Positions 20,501 through 29,830 of a DNA stretch of 64,000 nucleotides are shown here, piece after piece. Under the pieces are notes generated by a model that saw only the letters and a list, made by a program, of their open reading frames with translations, had not been told where the DNA came from and ran no database searches. Position 1 is the first letter of the stretch. The number at the start of each line of letters is the position of its first letter. The stretch comes from Minisyncoccota bacterium (GTDB taxonomy: Bacteria; Patescibacteriota; Minisyncoccia; Phycocordibacterales; PALSA-1337). The stretch spans positions 25,412 to 89,411 of the forward strand of contig JBAZBL010000003.1 in assembly GCA_041671485.1 (NCBI GenBank). The letters are read 5' to 3'. A program made the translations under genes and the position numbers.

Positions 20501-22210
20501 TTATATATTATTTAACAATGTTTTATTATTTGAACAGTCATATACGCTACCAACTATTGCTTTCGATGAAGTATCAAATAAGATATTACATTTATTGAAA
20601 AATTTTCCATAGAATGATTCTTGACCAAGAGGTGGAATACCTACTACCAAGAAATGTCCTCCGAGAGCGACATGTTTTGCAAATTTTTCTCTATAGCCCG
20701 ATTCGGATTCGGGTATAGCATAGATCCTACCACCATATTTCCCAATAGGAGATAAATATTGATTGCCAATATCATTGTAAGAAAGAACACTCTTTATCGA
20801 ATCATTTTCTTTTATATAATTAACCGATTCATTCAAGACTCTTGTTGCGCTACCATTCAACTTTCCAAATAGATATTCTTCAGCAAAAATAATATTATAA
20901 GTCATACCAGTAATAATTAAGATTGACATTATAGCGACTCTCCATTGCTTCTTGAAAAGAGCCACAATGCCCAAAGTGATAGATATTACAAATGAGACTA
21001 CAATAAACATAAAAGAGACATAGAATCCCAAAGGACCAGAACCACCATTGAATGGATTGAGCATTAACCATTGCCCATCAAGGACTCGAGAAAACCATAG
21101 TGTTTTCGGGTATAGAGGCAATACTTCATGTGGCAAGAAATTAGTCAAAATTAATACGACTGATAATACAGCACCTATTATGATCGGTATACGAAGAGTT
21201 TTCCAAATATTTTTGATATCAATCTTTTCAAATATATTAGAGAGTATCATGCCGACTATTATTGATAGTGGTACAATCAAGAACATAAGATATTTGTCGA
21301 GTGCTCCACGTGAGAAATCGAATAAAACAATATAGAATAACAAGCCGAGTATTATATATATAAAAAATATTCTGGTTCTATTGAATATTTCCTTTGTAAT
21401 AAATAGTAGAGGAATAATGAGAAGTGGAGATAAATAGAAAATTGCTTTTACAGCTTGGACAATTATTTGTAGCCAATTTCTGCCAAGACCGTCAGCAAAT
21501 TGATTTGCATGGCCAAGCATTATATTGATACTAAAAGCTGGATATATTGCCTCAAAAAAAGATAAGGAAATAATATATAACAAAGAAAAGCCGATTGTAA
21601 CCATTGAAACAAGTCCTATCTTCCGGATCGTAAACTGCTTCCAATTACTCCAAATATAATCAATTATTAAAACACCAATAACGAGAATAAAGTTCAATTT
21701 AATCAGAAATCCAAACAAAATAGAGACTGTGAGTAATACAAACCATTTCCATTTATTCTTATCTTCTGACTTATTGAATAAGTCATAAAAATAGACTGAT
21801 AGAAGAAAGAAGAAAGGAATGATTGCACCATCAACATCTGGTACTACAGAACCAAATATATTATAAAAACAGATAGTAAATAATACGATTACCCATGTGG
21901 CAATTTTCTTATCTGTCCTATTCCGAACAATTAGGAATAATAGGATACCAGAAGCAATGGAGAATAAAAGTGGAAATATACGAAAATTGTTCTCACCAAA
22001 GATATCGTATGCTGTCACAAATGCAATTTGCATGAGAGGTGGATGAGCAAAGAATCTACCTGCACCTTCTATCGTCTCTGAAGTAGCAACATTTTTCCAT
22101 TCATCTTGATGATACGGATAGTGAATAGCTGGCAATCGCAATACCAAAAAAACCAATGCAATCAATATTACAAAACGCCATTTCTTGATAAATCTAAATA
22201 GATGATGCAT
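20501..22210 (-). CDS. GT-C fold glycosyltransferase, PMT/ArnT-like polytopic membrane protein
   Basis: More than 12 TM helices. YPYHQDEW motif in the first loop (DE motif). Paralogous in architecture to 15180-16673. Confidence 0.55.
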   Translation of the reverse strand: MHHLFRFIKKWRFVILIALVFLVLRLPAIHYPYHQDEWKNVATSETIEGAGRFFAHPPLMQIAFVTAYDIFGENNFRIFPLLFSIASGILLFLIVRNRTDKKIATWVIVLFTICFYNIFGSVVPDVDGAIIPFFFLLSVYFYDLFNKSEDKNKWKWFVLLTVSILFGFLIKLNFILVIGVLIIDYIWSNWKQFTIRKIGLVSMVTIGFSLLYIISLSFFEAIYPAFSINIMLGHANQFADGLGRNWLQIIVQAVKAIFYLSPLLIIPLLFITKEIFNRTRIFFIYIILGLLFYIVLFDFSRGALDKYLMFLIVPLSIIVGMILSNIFEKIDIKNIWKTLRIPIIIGAVLSVVLILTNFLPHEVLPLYPKTLWFSRVLDGQWLMLNPFNGGSGPLGFYVSFMFIVVSFVISITLGIVALFKKQWRVAIMSILIITGMTYNIIFAEEYLFGKLNGSATRVLNESVNYIKENDSIKSVLSYNDIGNQYLSPIGKYGGRIYAIPESESGYREKFAKHVALGGHFLVVGIPPLGQESFYGKFFNKCNILFDTSSKAIVGSVYDCSNNKTLLNNI

Positions 22211-22646
22211 TTTCGGTTTTCTTCTTGAAGATAAATATTTGATAAATAAAAAAACTTTCTACCGCTATGAAAACACTTGCAATCAATTGAGCAACTATAT
22301 AATGAATACCTAGATATTCGACCTGCATATATAGTAAACCTGTATTTATAAACAAGTTAAATAGAGCAACAGTCAAATAAACCATAGCTTGTCTATGGAT
22401 TTGATCTTTCGACACATCTTGAAAAGTCCAGAATTTTTGCAAAGTAAAACTAACAATAAAAGCTATGGAAAAAGCCATGGCTGCCGAGGCTATATACCAA
22501 ATACCAAAAATTTCAGTAAATAAGTAAAGCAGGAGAATATTGGTAAAAGCAGCAGTACCACCAGATATTAGATAACGTACGACCTTTGCATGAATTGGAT
22601 ATCTACTACTGAGTTCTCCGTATTTGTTTTTTGTCCAGTCAATCAT
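22194..22646 (-). CDS. GtrA-family small membrane protein (polysaccharide synthesis/flippase-associated)
   Basis: Four TM segments; RYLISGGTAAFTNILLLY is the GtrA signature region. Start set to the internal ATG. Confidence 0.7.
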   Translation of the reverse strand: MIDWTKNKYGELSSRYPIHAKVVRYLISGGTAAFTNILLLYLFTEIFGIWYIASAAMAFSIAFIVSFTLQKFWTFQDVSKDQIHRQAMVYLTVALFNLFINTGLLYMQVEYLGIHYIVAQLIASVFIAVESFFIYQIFIFKKKTENASSI

Positions 22647-22651
22647 ATAGA

Positions 22652-23695
22652 TTATGTGATAGATTCTATAGCACCACACAAGGATAGAGCAAGTTTAGAA
22701 AGACTGTGTTTGGAGTCTACAAGTTCTATAGAGTCTCTACATAATTTATCTTTTTCTTGTCTCGATATGGTCAACAATGTTTGAAGTCTATTAGATAGAG
22801 AGTCATTATTACATTCTTTGAATAGGAGAGAACTAGCGATCATACCTTCAAGATTTTTATTTGATGAGATAGATAGACATCCACACGCCATGGCTTCAAA
22901 TATTGTCTTATCATACATACCACTTGGACTAAGGTTTACAAATATCTGATGGCTTGAATATATTAATGGTGTTTCGTGATTTGGTATACAAGAATGAAAT
23001 TTGATCTTTGGAATAAGATTGGAGTTTTGAACTTTATCAATTAATGATTGATAATACTCTCTACTATCATTTGAAGGATCACCATAGATTGAAGCAGAAA
23101 AATCAATACCCTTTTTATCGAGTAGAATCAGAGAATCAATGAGGATATCTGGTCTCTTTGACGGCGCAATCCTACCTAAAAATAAAATAGAATCTTTCAT
23201 ACGATCAACAGTATCGACAGGCTTAAATATTTCCGTATCTATACCAACGGGCATGAGAACGGTCTTCTTATATTTTGCCGTAAAAGAATATTTGGAAGTA
23301 CAAAATATTTTATGACAGAATATTGATGCAACATCAGTGAGAGATGACCCTTCATAATGATTCCTCCACATATATACCTTCTTGCCCCACAGTCTCCAGA
23401 GCCAACCTGCCAATATTAGATACTCTTGATTCATATGCACAAAAACTGCATCATAATTTTTCTTTTCATGCTGAATATACCAATAAAAATGAATGAGATA
23501 CTGTAGTCGTGATTGTTTCTCCTCCTTCCCTAGAGAAAGCACCTTCACATTCTTTGGCAATTCATATTTACCCATCTCTAGACATATGACTGTGATTGAC
23601 TCAAAATGCTTCGCAAATTCTATGATCCATCTATGAAAAAAGCCGAGGATCGGATCGTCTTTATTTACTTTCTGTGTGACGATGAGTAATTTCAT
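22652..23695 (-). CDS. Glycosyltransferase family 1
   Basis: GT-B architecture; FLGRIAPSKRPD and FEAMACGCLSIS motifs. Confidence 0.65.
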   Translation of the reverse strand: MKLLIVTQKVNKDDPILGFFHRWIIEFAKHFESITVICLEMGKYELPKNVKVLSLGKEEKQSRLQYLIHFYWYIQHEKKNYDAVFVHMNQEYLILAGWLWRLWGKKVYMWRNHYEGSSLTDVASIFCHKIFCTSKYSFTAKYKKTVLMPVGIDTEIFKPVDTVDRMKDSILFLGRIAPSKRPDILIDSLILLDKKGIDFSASIYGDPSNDSREYYQSLIDKVQNSNLIPKIKFHSCIPNHETPLIYSSHQIFVNLSPSGMYDKTIFEAMACGCLSISSNKNLEGMIASSLLFKECNNDSLSNRLQTLLTISRQEKDKLCRDSIELVDSKHSLSKLALSLCGAIESIT

Positions 23696-23722
23696 TTTAT
23701 TCTCTTTATATCATGGATCTGT

Positions 23723-24745
23723 TTAAGACTTACTCAATTGATTTACTACCGCCCTCGCCACACTCTTCTCGCAAAACTCCACAATAGTTGCCCCCATTTC
23801 TTTTGCCACCCCCACATCAGTCGATATTATCGAACAATCTGCTGACTTGGCTTCTACGAAAGTCATACCATATCCTTCATATAGTGAAGTAGACAAGAAG
23901 GCATCAGCAGTCTTGTAATACGATGCAAGTGTCTGATTGCTTGTCCATGTTTCAAATTTTACAGAATTAGAAAGACCAAGCTTCTTCACCAATGACCTTA
24001 ACTTTGATCCTTGTGAACCCAAACCCACTATGATCAAACCCGCTTTTGGTAATTTCTCTACAACTTTCTTCCAAGAATTTATTGCAAGATCAATATTTTT
24101 CTCCTTTTCAAATCGTGATGCCATGAGAACAATATTATCGAATTGACCATACTTATCATGAAGATCAACTGTTATTGGCGCATTCTTTATCCATTCCGTA
24201 TCAATTGATATTGGTCTTACTATGATCTTTGAATCATCTATTTTTAATCTTTTTATCAGATAATCTTTCAATCTATTTGAAACAACCCTTATCGTATCTG
24301 CTTTTGGCAAGTAAGATAAAGCCATAAATTTACGTATGCCATTCAAGACCGAATGACTAAAATACTGACTTGCAATATCTGTATGCAGTTGTATCTCTAG
24401 TGGAATCTTGAATCTTTTCTTGAGAGATATTCCAGCCATAGATGTCAAAAATGGATCTTGGCATGTGATATGACTTATTTTTCTCTTTTCAATGATAAAT
24501 CTGCCAAGCCTTATAGCATCAAGTGAATATGTAAATTGACTTATAGACTCTGTAGAATATGCCCAACAATTGTCGGAGAGAACTACTTCACTCGGAACAC
24601 CCACATTTTGTGTTGCAAAGACAATTATATGCACTTCATCCCATTGTTTTGCATATTCTATCTGTCGCATACGTACAGCACTATCACTTTCGAATATCTT
24701 TCGATCTGTCGATATCATTAGTAATTTTTTAACTAGATTATTCAT
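23723..24745 (-). CDS. Glycosyltransferase family 1
   Basis: GT-B; VLMASRFEKEKN...SLYEGYGMTFVEAKSADCSIIST. Confidence 0.65.
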   Translation of the reverse strand: MNNLVKKLLMISTDRKIFESDSAVRMRQIEYAKQWDEVHIIVFATQNVGVPSEVVLSDNCWAYSTESISQFTYSLDAIRLGRFIIEKRKISHITCQDPFLTSMAGISLKKRFKIPLEIQLHTDIASQYFSHSVLNGIRKFMALSYLPKADTIRVVSNRLKDYLIKRLKIDDSKIIVRPISIDTEWIKNAPITVDLHDKYGQFDNIVLMASRFEKEKNIDLAINSWKKVVEKLPKAGLIIVGLGSQGSKLRSLVKKLGLSNSVKFETWTSNQTLASYYKTADAFLSTSLYEGYGMTFVEAKSADCSIISTDVGVAKEMGATIVEFCEKSVARAVVNQLSKS

Positions 24746-24755
24746 TATTTTAATT

Positions 24756-25907
24756 TTAGCATTTACCAGAACATGTATGATGAGAATTATTTTTAATATC
24801 CATCAAAAATAGTTTACATAGTTGATCCAATGTATTATCTATAGAAAATTGTTTTGATTTTTGCTTTGCTATCATCCTTATTTTCTCTCTAAAATCAGAA
24901 TCATCTAGTATTTTGAGAATTGATATTTTCAATGCTTCTCTATCATCTGGCTTCACTAGAATACCAGAATTACCATCTTCTATTATTTCTGGAATATTTC
25001 CAATATTTGTCGATACAACAGGTATTCCAGCATACATTGCTTCGACTATTTGGAATGAAAAACTCTCAAAAGAAGTATTCAAAACAAAAATGTCAGAAGC
25101 TATAAGATAAGAGAACATCTCTGATCTTGATATTGATCCTGTCAATATGACTATACTTTCAAGACCTTTGTCTACTATATATCTTTCCAATGCAGGTCTG
25201 TCTGGACCATCACCTATTATATATAGTTTACAATTCGGTATATCTTTTACTAGATTTCCTATAACATCGATCAATGTGAAAAAACCTTTCCATGGAACCA
25301 GGCGACCAGAGGATACAATTGATATCACATTATTTGAAATAGAAACTTTTTCTCTCGCAACATCTTTAGATTCATCAAGTGTAGGGAATTCAATACCATT
25401 ATAAATATGAAAAACTCTTTTTTGTTTTTTATTCCATCTAGATACCAAATCTCGAAAATAGATACTAGGAGTAATAACAGTATCCGCATGACCTACAACA
25501 AACTTTTGTATTGATCTCAAGAATTCAACATTCGTTTTGTATTTCTTGTTTTGAAAATCATCTATAGTATCACTGATACCAAATCTCTGCATCGATTGTT
25601 CCCAAGCATAATCACCAGCTACTCGTATAAAAAATTTCTTACCCAATATCTTGGATACAAATAAAGATGGCAGACCAACAGAGACAGGATCTTGGGCAAA
25701 TATAATATCACACCCTCTGGATCTTTTAATAAGTTTAAAGAAGAAAACAATATGTCTTATAACCTTGGGCAAATGCCTCACCTCACCAAATGACAAAATC
25801 AAAACCTCTATCCCTCTTTTTGGCAATTCATCATTTAGGAGTTTGGAATAGGTTGCCGGCCCCCCAATATCTGGCGGATATATACCCGTTGCTATCAATA
25901 TTTTCAT
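24756..25907 (-). CDS. Glycosyltransferase family 1
   Basis: MKILIATGIYPPDIGGPATY ... SFESFSFQIVEAMYAGIPVVSTNIGNIPEII (E-x7-E). Confidence 0.7.
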   Translation of the reverse strand: MKILIATGIYPPDIGGPATYSKLLNDELPKRGIEVLILSFGEVRHLPKVIRHIVFFFKLIKRSRGCDIIFAQDPVSVGLPSLFVSKILGKKFFIRVAGDYAWEQSMQRFGISDTIDDFQNKKYKTNVEFLRSIQKFVVGHADTVITPSIYFRDLVSRWNKKQKRVFHIYNGIEFPTLDESKDVAREKVSISNNVISIVSSGRLVPWKGFFTLIDVIGNLVKDIPNCKLYIIGDGPDRPALERYIVDKGLESIVILTGSISRSEMFSYLIASDIFVLNTSFESFSFQIVEAMYAGIPVVSTNIGNIPEIIEDGNSGILVKPDDREALKISILKILDDSDFREKIRMIAKQKSKQFSIDNTLDQLCKLFLMDIKNNSHHTCSGKC

Positions 25908-25944
25908 GAGTGTAGTCTACCAAAAATCCACGAAATTCCAAGTG

Positions 25945-26135
25945 TTTTGGATAATTGCAAGCAACATTTGATTTTTAGTTTTGGCAACCTGTTTGAGCGC
26001 AGTATAAATTTCTTGACAAAATACTGCTGTTAGCTGGAATTGCTCGATGTATGACATCGAGCAATTCCGCAAGTATTTTGTCTAGAAATTTAACGGAGCG
26101 AGTCTTGCCAAAACTAAAAATCAAATGTTGCTTGC
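25945..26135. repeat. Family A long nested palindromic repeat, copy 1
   Basis: Perfect 32-bp terminal inverted repeat (ttgcaagcaacatttgatttttagttttggcaa / ttgccaaaactaaaaatcaaatgttgcttgca). Inner perfect 15-bp IR (ggaattgctcgatgt-atg-acatcgagcaattcc). Conserved unpaired motifs tgagcg (left) and ggagcgagt (right). Confidence 0.6.
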
Positions 26136-26139
26136 ACTA

Positions 26140-27360
26140 TCACATATTCTCAAATATCTCATTCATCTTTTCTGCAACCATATCCCAATCATATTTTTGT
26201 CTGACCATCTCACTCGCCTGTCTTATGATATATTCTCGGGATTCTTTGTCTTTCATAAGCTTTTCTACTTTCTGTGCAATACTCTTTGGATTCTTAACCT
26301 CACAGAAAAGTCCAGTCTCACCATTCTGGAGGAAATCAACAATACCTCCAACTGGCGTTGCAATAACTGGAATACCCGCAGCCATCGCTTCTATAAATGA
26401 ATTGCCAAATCCTTCAGAAAGTGATGGACGTACAAATATATCAGACACTTGCAAATATTTTGGTAATTGATCGTGTGGAATATTCCCTAGGAATTGAACT
26501 CTCGATCCGAGGGTAGGCCCGCCTTCGGCGGGGTAGGCCTCGGGAACCACCTCCGACATCGCTTTCAATCTACTTTCTTCATAACCACTTCCCAATATCA
26601 ACAATTTGACATTTTCTGGCAAATATTGAAGAGAGTCAATAATGTCATTCACTGCATTTTTCACGACCAATCTGGATGTTGTTATGATGAAAATATCGTC
26701 TTTTTGCTTGCCCAATTGCCCTTTTAAGGCCTCTAAACGCCCACTAGAGACCTGTTTAGAGAAATAAGCATAATCTACACCATTTGGCACTATTTTCACC
26801 TCGCATTTGGCCCCCATATCTACAGCCCAATCTGCCAGATATTTTGATATTGTCTGAATACAATCTGCACGTCTAAATATCATTTTGAAAAGTGGATATA
26901 GTGGTCTAGCGCGTTTCTTGATATATGGTATAGGATCGCCATCTTGGAGAGTAAATATAAATGGGACTTTCGGATGAATGAGTTTGAAGAAAAGTGCAGC
27001 AAATGAATTGTATGTAGCCATAAGTGACCATATAGCATCGTATTTCTTTTTCCTATGAAGAGAGACTGCTTTCAGAAAACCAGTTATCAAGAAAGCATAT
27101 TTATTCAAATCTAAATACCAATGCAAAGAATCTGAAGAAGTTTTTTGCTTACCCGTCCAACCTACACGATATATATCAACATTCCCAATACGTTCAAATT
27201 TGGGCAAGCTAGAATCCAGATGCAAAGTCACCATGTCAAACTGGACATCATCTGTAGATATCCTATCTGTTATTTCTTTTATCGCTATCTCTGCCCCGCC
27301 TATATAACGTGGATAGTAGACTAGCGAAAATATGAGTATTTTGCGCATATCTTCATTCAA
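26140..27360 (-). CDS. Glycosyltransferase family 1
   Basis: GT-B; RVQFLGNIPHDQLPKYLQVSDIFVRPSLSEGFGNSFIEAMAAGIPVIATPVGG. Contains the GC-rich in-frame insertion at 26497-26553. Confidence 0.7.
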   Translation of the reverse strand: MNEDMRKILIFSLVYYPRYIGGAEIAIKEITDRISTDDVQFDMVTLHLDSSLPKFERIGNVDIYRVGWTGKQKTSSDSLHWYLDLNKYAFLITGFLKAVSLHRKKKYDAIWSLMATYNSFAALFFKLIHPKVPFIFTLQDGDPIPYIKKRARPLYPLFKMIFRRADCIQTISKYLADWAVDMGAKCEVKIVPNGVDYAYFSKQVSSGRLEALKGQLGKQKDDIFIITTSRLVVKNAVNDIIDSLQYLPENVKLLILGSGYEESRLKAMSEVVPEAYPAEGGPTLGSRVQFLGNIPHDQLPKYLQVSDIFVRPSLSEGFGNSFIEAMAAGIPVIATPVGGIVDFLQNGETGLFCEVKNPKSIAQKVEKLMKDKESREYIIRQASEMVRQKYDWDMVAEKMNEIFENM

Positions 27361-29120
27361 TCAACTTTCAAGACATTTTTCAAGACATATTCTGGAACTT
27401 CTTTTGGTTGTGGAGAACCATGATCAGTTGAATTATTTTGGACCTGATCTTTTGTATCATTTGGCTTTGGATTATTTAGTATTACAGGATTTGGCTTAAC
27501 ATTCTTGCTCATAATTGCTTGAAGCGCACTTTTCAATTCATTAACATTTTCTTTTGTCTGTACTTTGGGATCGCTCTTTAATTTATTTTTATTTAATACT
27601 GATAGTGGAGCAGGTTTAACATTTGTATTCATTGTATGTCCGTGTTGAATCGGCATATCATACTGTTTCTTTTGATGATTTATATTTGGGCTGACATTTG
27701 GTACTTCAACATTTTTTGGCACACTAGTACTACTGTAGTCAGTTTTGACAGGAATTGGAGGAATTGGCTTTGAAATATTTATAGTTTGATTTATAGGAAT
27801 TGACTTCAGTACTGATGGTGGTGCCACTTTTACAGGTGGTTCATGGAATTTGATGATTTCTTCCTCTACTCCTGCCCTCTTCCTTGCAAATTGCTCTCTC
27901 GAAGCCTCGATAATCTCTTTTACAAAGGATTCATCTGGCTGTGTTATGGGTGGTAATGTTACAGCAGAGAAAGGTGGTGATGTTAGTCCATCTATCATAA
28001 GTTTGAGATATACCTGTGCAAAGCCGAGATTTACCAAATCTTCTATGACAAATGTTGGCGAGAATTCTTTTTCCAATAATTCTGCATCTGTTGCACCTAC
28101 TCTAAATACAATCATTGTTCCAACGTTACCAAATACTGCAGCACAAACATCTTCATCCATTTGTTCGACATATTGATGTGCAATAGTTAGATTCAACTTG
28201 TATTTCCTAGCTTCTGACAAAATATCAGCAAAAGAAGCATTTGCAAAGTTTTGGAATTCATCTACATATAGATAGAAATTTGGCAACGCCTTTGCTATCC
28301 TATCCGGCGTATCAGCCCTAGACATTGCCGAGAGATATATCTTTGTTACAAGCATACCTCCTAGGAGCTTCATATTTTCATCACCTATCCTTCCTTTCGA
28401 AAGGTTTATTATCACAATCTTTTTAGAATCCATAGCTTCTCTAAAGTCAAAAGATGATTGTGGTTGACCTATCATATTCCTGATCAGAGGATTGGCTGTG
28501 AATTGACCAACTTTATTTTGTATAGCTGGTACAGCTTCGGCGGCCATGCGTTCTGTATAGTTAGCAAATTCTTTTGCCCAGAAGTTTTTGACCGATGGGT
28601 CTTTGATCTTGGAGACAATCTCTTTTCTATATTCTTTATCAGAGAGAATCCTATTTACCCCTAAAAGTGTTGAGCCAGGAACTTCGAGCAATGCCAAGAG
28701 AGTATTCGTCAATATGTATTCCATTCTGGCTGACCAAGCATCAACCCATATTTTCTTGAATGTACTCATGAGACCCGATACTACTAGATGCCTCTTGTCT
28801 ATATCTACACTCTCTAGAACATTGAATGATATCGGGTATTCAACATCAAATGGTGCAATATAGATAACATCTTTTATTCTTTCTTTTGGAACATATTCGA
28901 GAAGTAAGTCAGCAGTCTTGCCGTGTGGATCAATGAAGCATAGACCTTCGCCGGCCTGAATGTCCTGCACAGCCATATTCTCGAGCATTGTTGACTTGCC
29001 CATGCCTGTCTTACCTATGACATATACATGCTTCGTCCTGTCTTTTGCTTTGATACCAAATCTTACTCGTTTATTACGAGCATCTGTTTCTCCGAAATAT
29101 GTTATGCGATTTTCATCCAT
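27357..29120 (-). CDS. P-loop NTPase of the FtsK/HerA/TraD-VirD4 superfamily (possible type IV secretion coupling-protein-like ATPase) with a Pro/Asn-rich low-complexity C-terminal tail
   Basis: Walker A VIGKTGMGKST, FIDPHG, Walker B YLYVDEFQNF and TIAHQ. The last 170 aa or so are low-complexity and Pro/Lys/Asn-rich. Confidence 0.5.
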   Translation of the reverse strand: MDENRITYFGETDARNKRVRFGIKAKDRTKHVYVIGKTGMGKSTMLENMAVQDIQAGEGLCFIDPHGKTADLLLEYVPKERIKDVIYIAPFDVEYPISFNVLESVDIDKRHLVVSGLMSTFKKIWVDAWSARMEYILTNTLLALLEVPGSTLLGVNRILSDKEYRKEIVSKIKDPSVKNFWAKEFANYTERMAAEAVPAIQNKVGQFTANPLIRNMIGQPQSSFDFREAMDSKKIVIINLSKGRIGDENMKLLGGMLVTKIYLSAMSRADTPDRIAKALPNFYLYVDEFQNFANASFADILSEARKYKLNLTIAHQYVEQMDEDVCAAVFGNVGTMIVFRVGATDAELLEKEFSPTFVIEDLVNLGFAQVYLKLMIDGLTSPPFSAVTLPPITQPDESFVKEIIEASREQFARKRAGVEEEIIKFHEPPVKVAPPSVLKSIPINQTINISKPIPPIPVKTDYSSTSVPKNVEVPNVSPNINHQKKQYDMPIQHGHTMNTNVKPAPLSVLNKNKLKSDPKVQTKENVNELKSALQAIMSKNVKPNPVILNNPKPNDTKDQVQNNSTDHGSPQPKEVPEYVLKNVLKVD

Positions 29121-29203
29121 ACAAGATACGAATTAACGAATTATTCAAATTACGAATGGATACAAATGTAACACATATTATTTTACCATATAATAAAGAA
29201 AAC

Positions 29204-29240
29204 CGGCACGCGCTCCTGTGGCGTGCCGGGGAAGATTACG
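29204..29240 (-). terminator. Rho-independent terminator downstream of the small ORF at 29267-29479
   Basis: On the - strand: ccggcacgccacaggagcgcgtgccgg (9-bp GC stem) followed by ttttcttt. Confidence 0.6.
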
Positions 29241-29266
29241 GTTGTCATTAGTACCACTGTGGCACA

Positions 29267-29479
29267 CTAATGAGTAGCGGGTAACATTGTTTCCGGAGGG
29301 ATCCATCCTTTTTGGATCAATAGATGAGCTTGAGCTCTGTCCTTGATCCGACGTCCAATACCGTGCCTCATAAGAAACCTCTGAACCTTGTCAAAGGCTT
29401 CATTAGGGACATGTACTCTTGGCGTTTTTGAATGATCCTTGAGAACAGGACCTACCGGTAACTGGAATGTTCTAGCCAT
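29267..29479 (-). CDS. Small hypothetical protein (70 aa), possible ribbon-helix-helix DNA-binding fold
   Basis: Intact ORF with its own terminator and a plausible upstream promoter. Pattern PRVHVPNEAFDKVQRFLMRHG..RRIKDRAQAHLL is compatible with a beta-strand plus two helices. Noticeably GC-richer than its neighbours. Confidence 0.35.
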   Translation of the reverse strand: MARTFQLPVGPVLKDHSKTPRVHVPNEAFDKVQRFLMRHGIGRRIKDRAQAHLLIQKGWIPPETMLPATH

Positions 29480-29499
29480 AACTTAACTAACGAACGTTA

Positions 29500-29575
29500 A
29501 CCGATTTTGATTTTGTATGTGCTTCCCACCCATCGAACAATCATCCGACTAGCACATGCTCCGAGTGAAGATAGT
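29500..29575 (-). promoter_or_regulatory. Putative sigma70-like promoter and long 5' leader for the small ORF
   Basis: - strand ttgcca-N17-actatc / tggtactat (extended -10-like) about 100 nt upstream of the ATG. Confidence 0.25.
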
Positions 29576-29608
29576 ACCACTTATGAAAAATATGGCAAGT
29601 GCATAACT

Positions 29609-29830
29609 ATTACTAATATTGTAGGCATCTAGGAAATATGAGTTTTCGCAAATCGAGGACTGTCTGAGCGACTAAAAATTGCTTGATAAAATGCGTAGGT
29701 TGCGGGAATTGCTACGATACTGAGGCATTTCTAATGCCGAAGTATCGAGCAATTCAATAGCATTTTATCTAGCAATTTAAGGAGCGAGTTCCGCAGATTT
29801 GCGAAAACTCATATTTCCTAGATGCCTACA
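29609..29830. repeat. Family A long nested palindromic repeat, copy 2
   Basis: Perfect 35-bp terminal IR (tgtaggcatctaggaaatatgagttttcgcaaatc and its reverse complement). Inner IRs aaattgcttgataaaatgc/gcattttatctagcaattt and gaattgctacgatact/agtatcgagcaattc. Shares actgtctgagcg and ggagcgagttccgcag motifs with the other copies. Confidence 0.6.

Noticed and set aside
29204-29560. GC-rich region considered as a structured RNA gene (tmRNA, RNase P or SRP)
   Set aside because: No tRNA-like or P4-like conserved motifs found. The region contains an intact 70-aa ORF with its own terminator, so the protein-coding interpretation is preferred.
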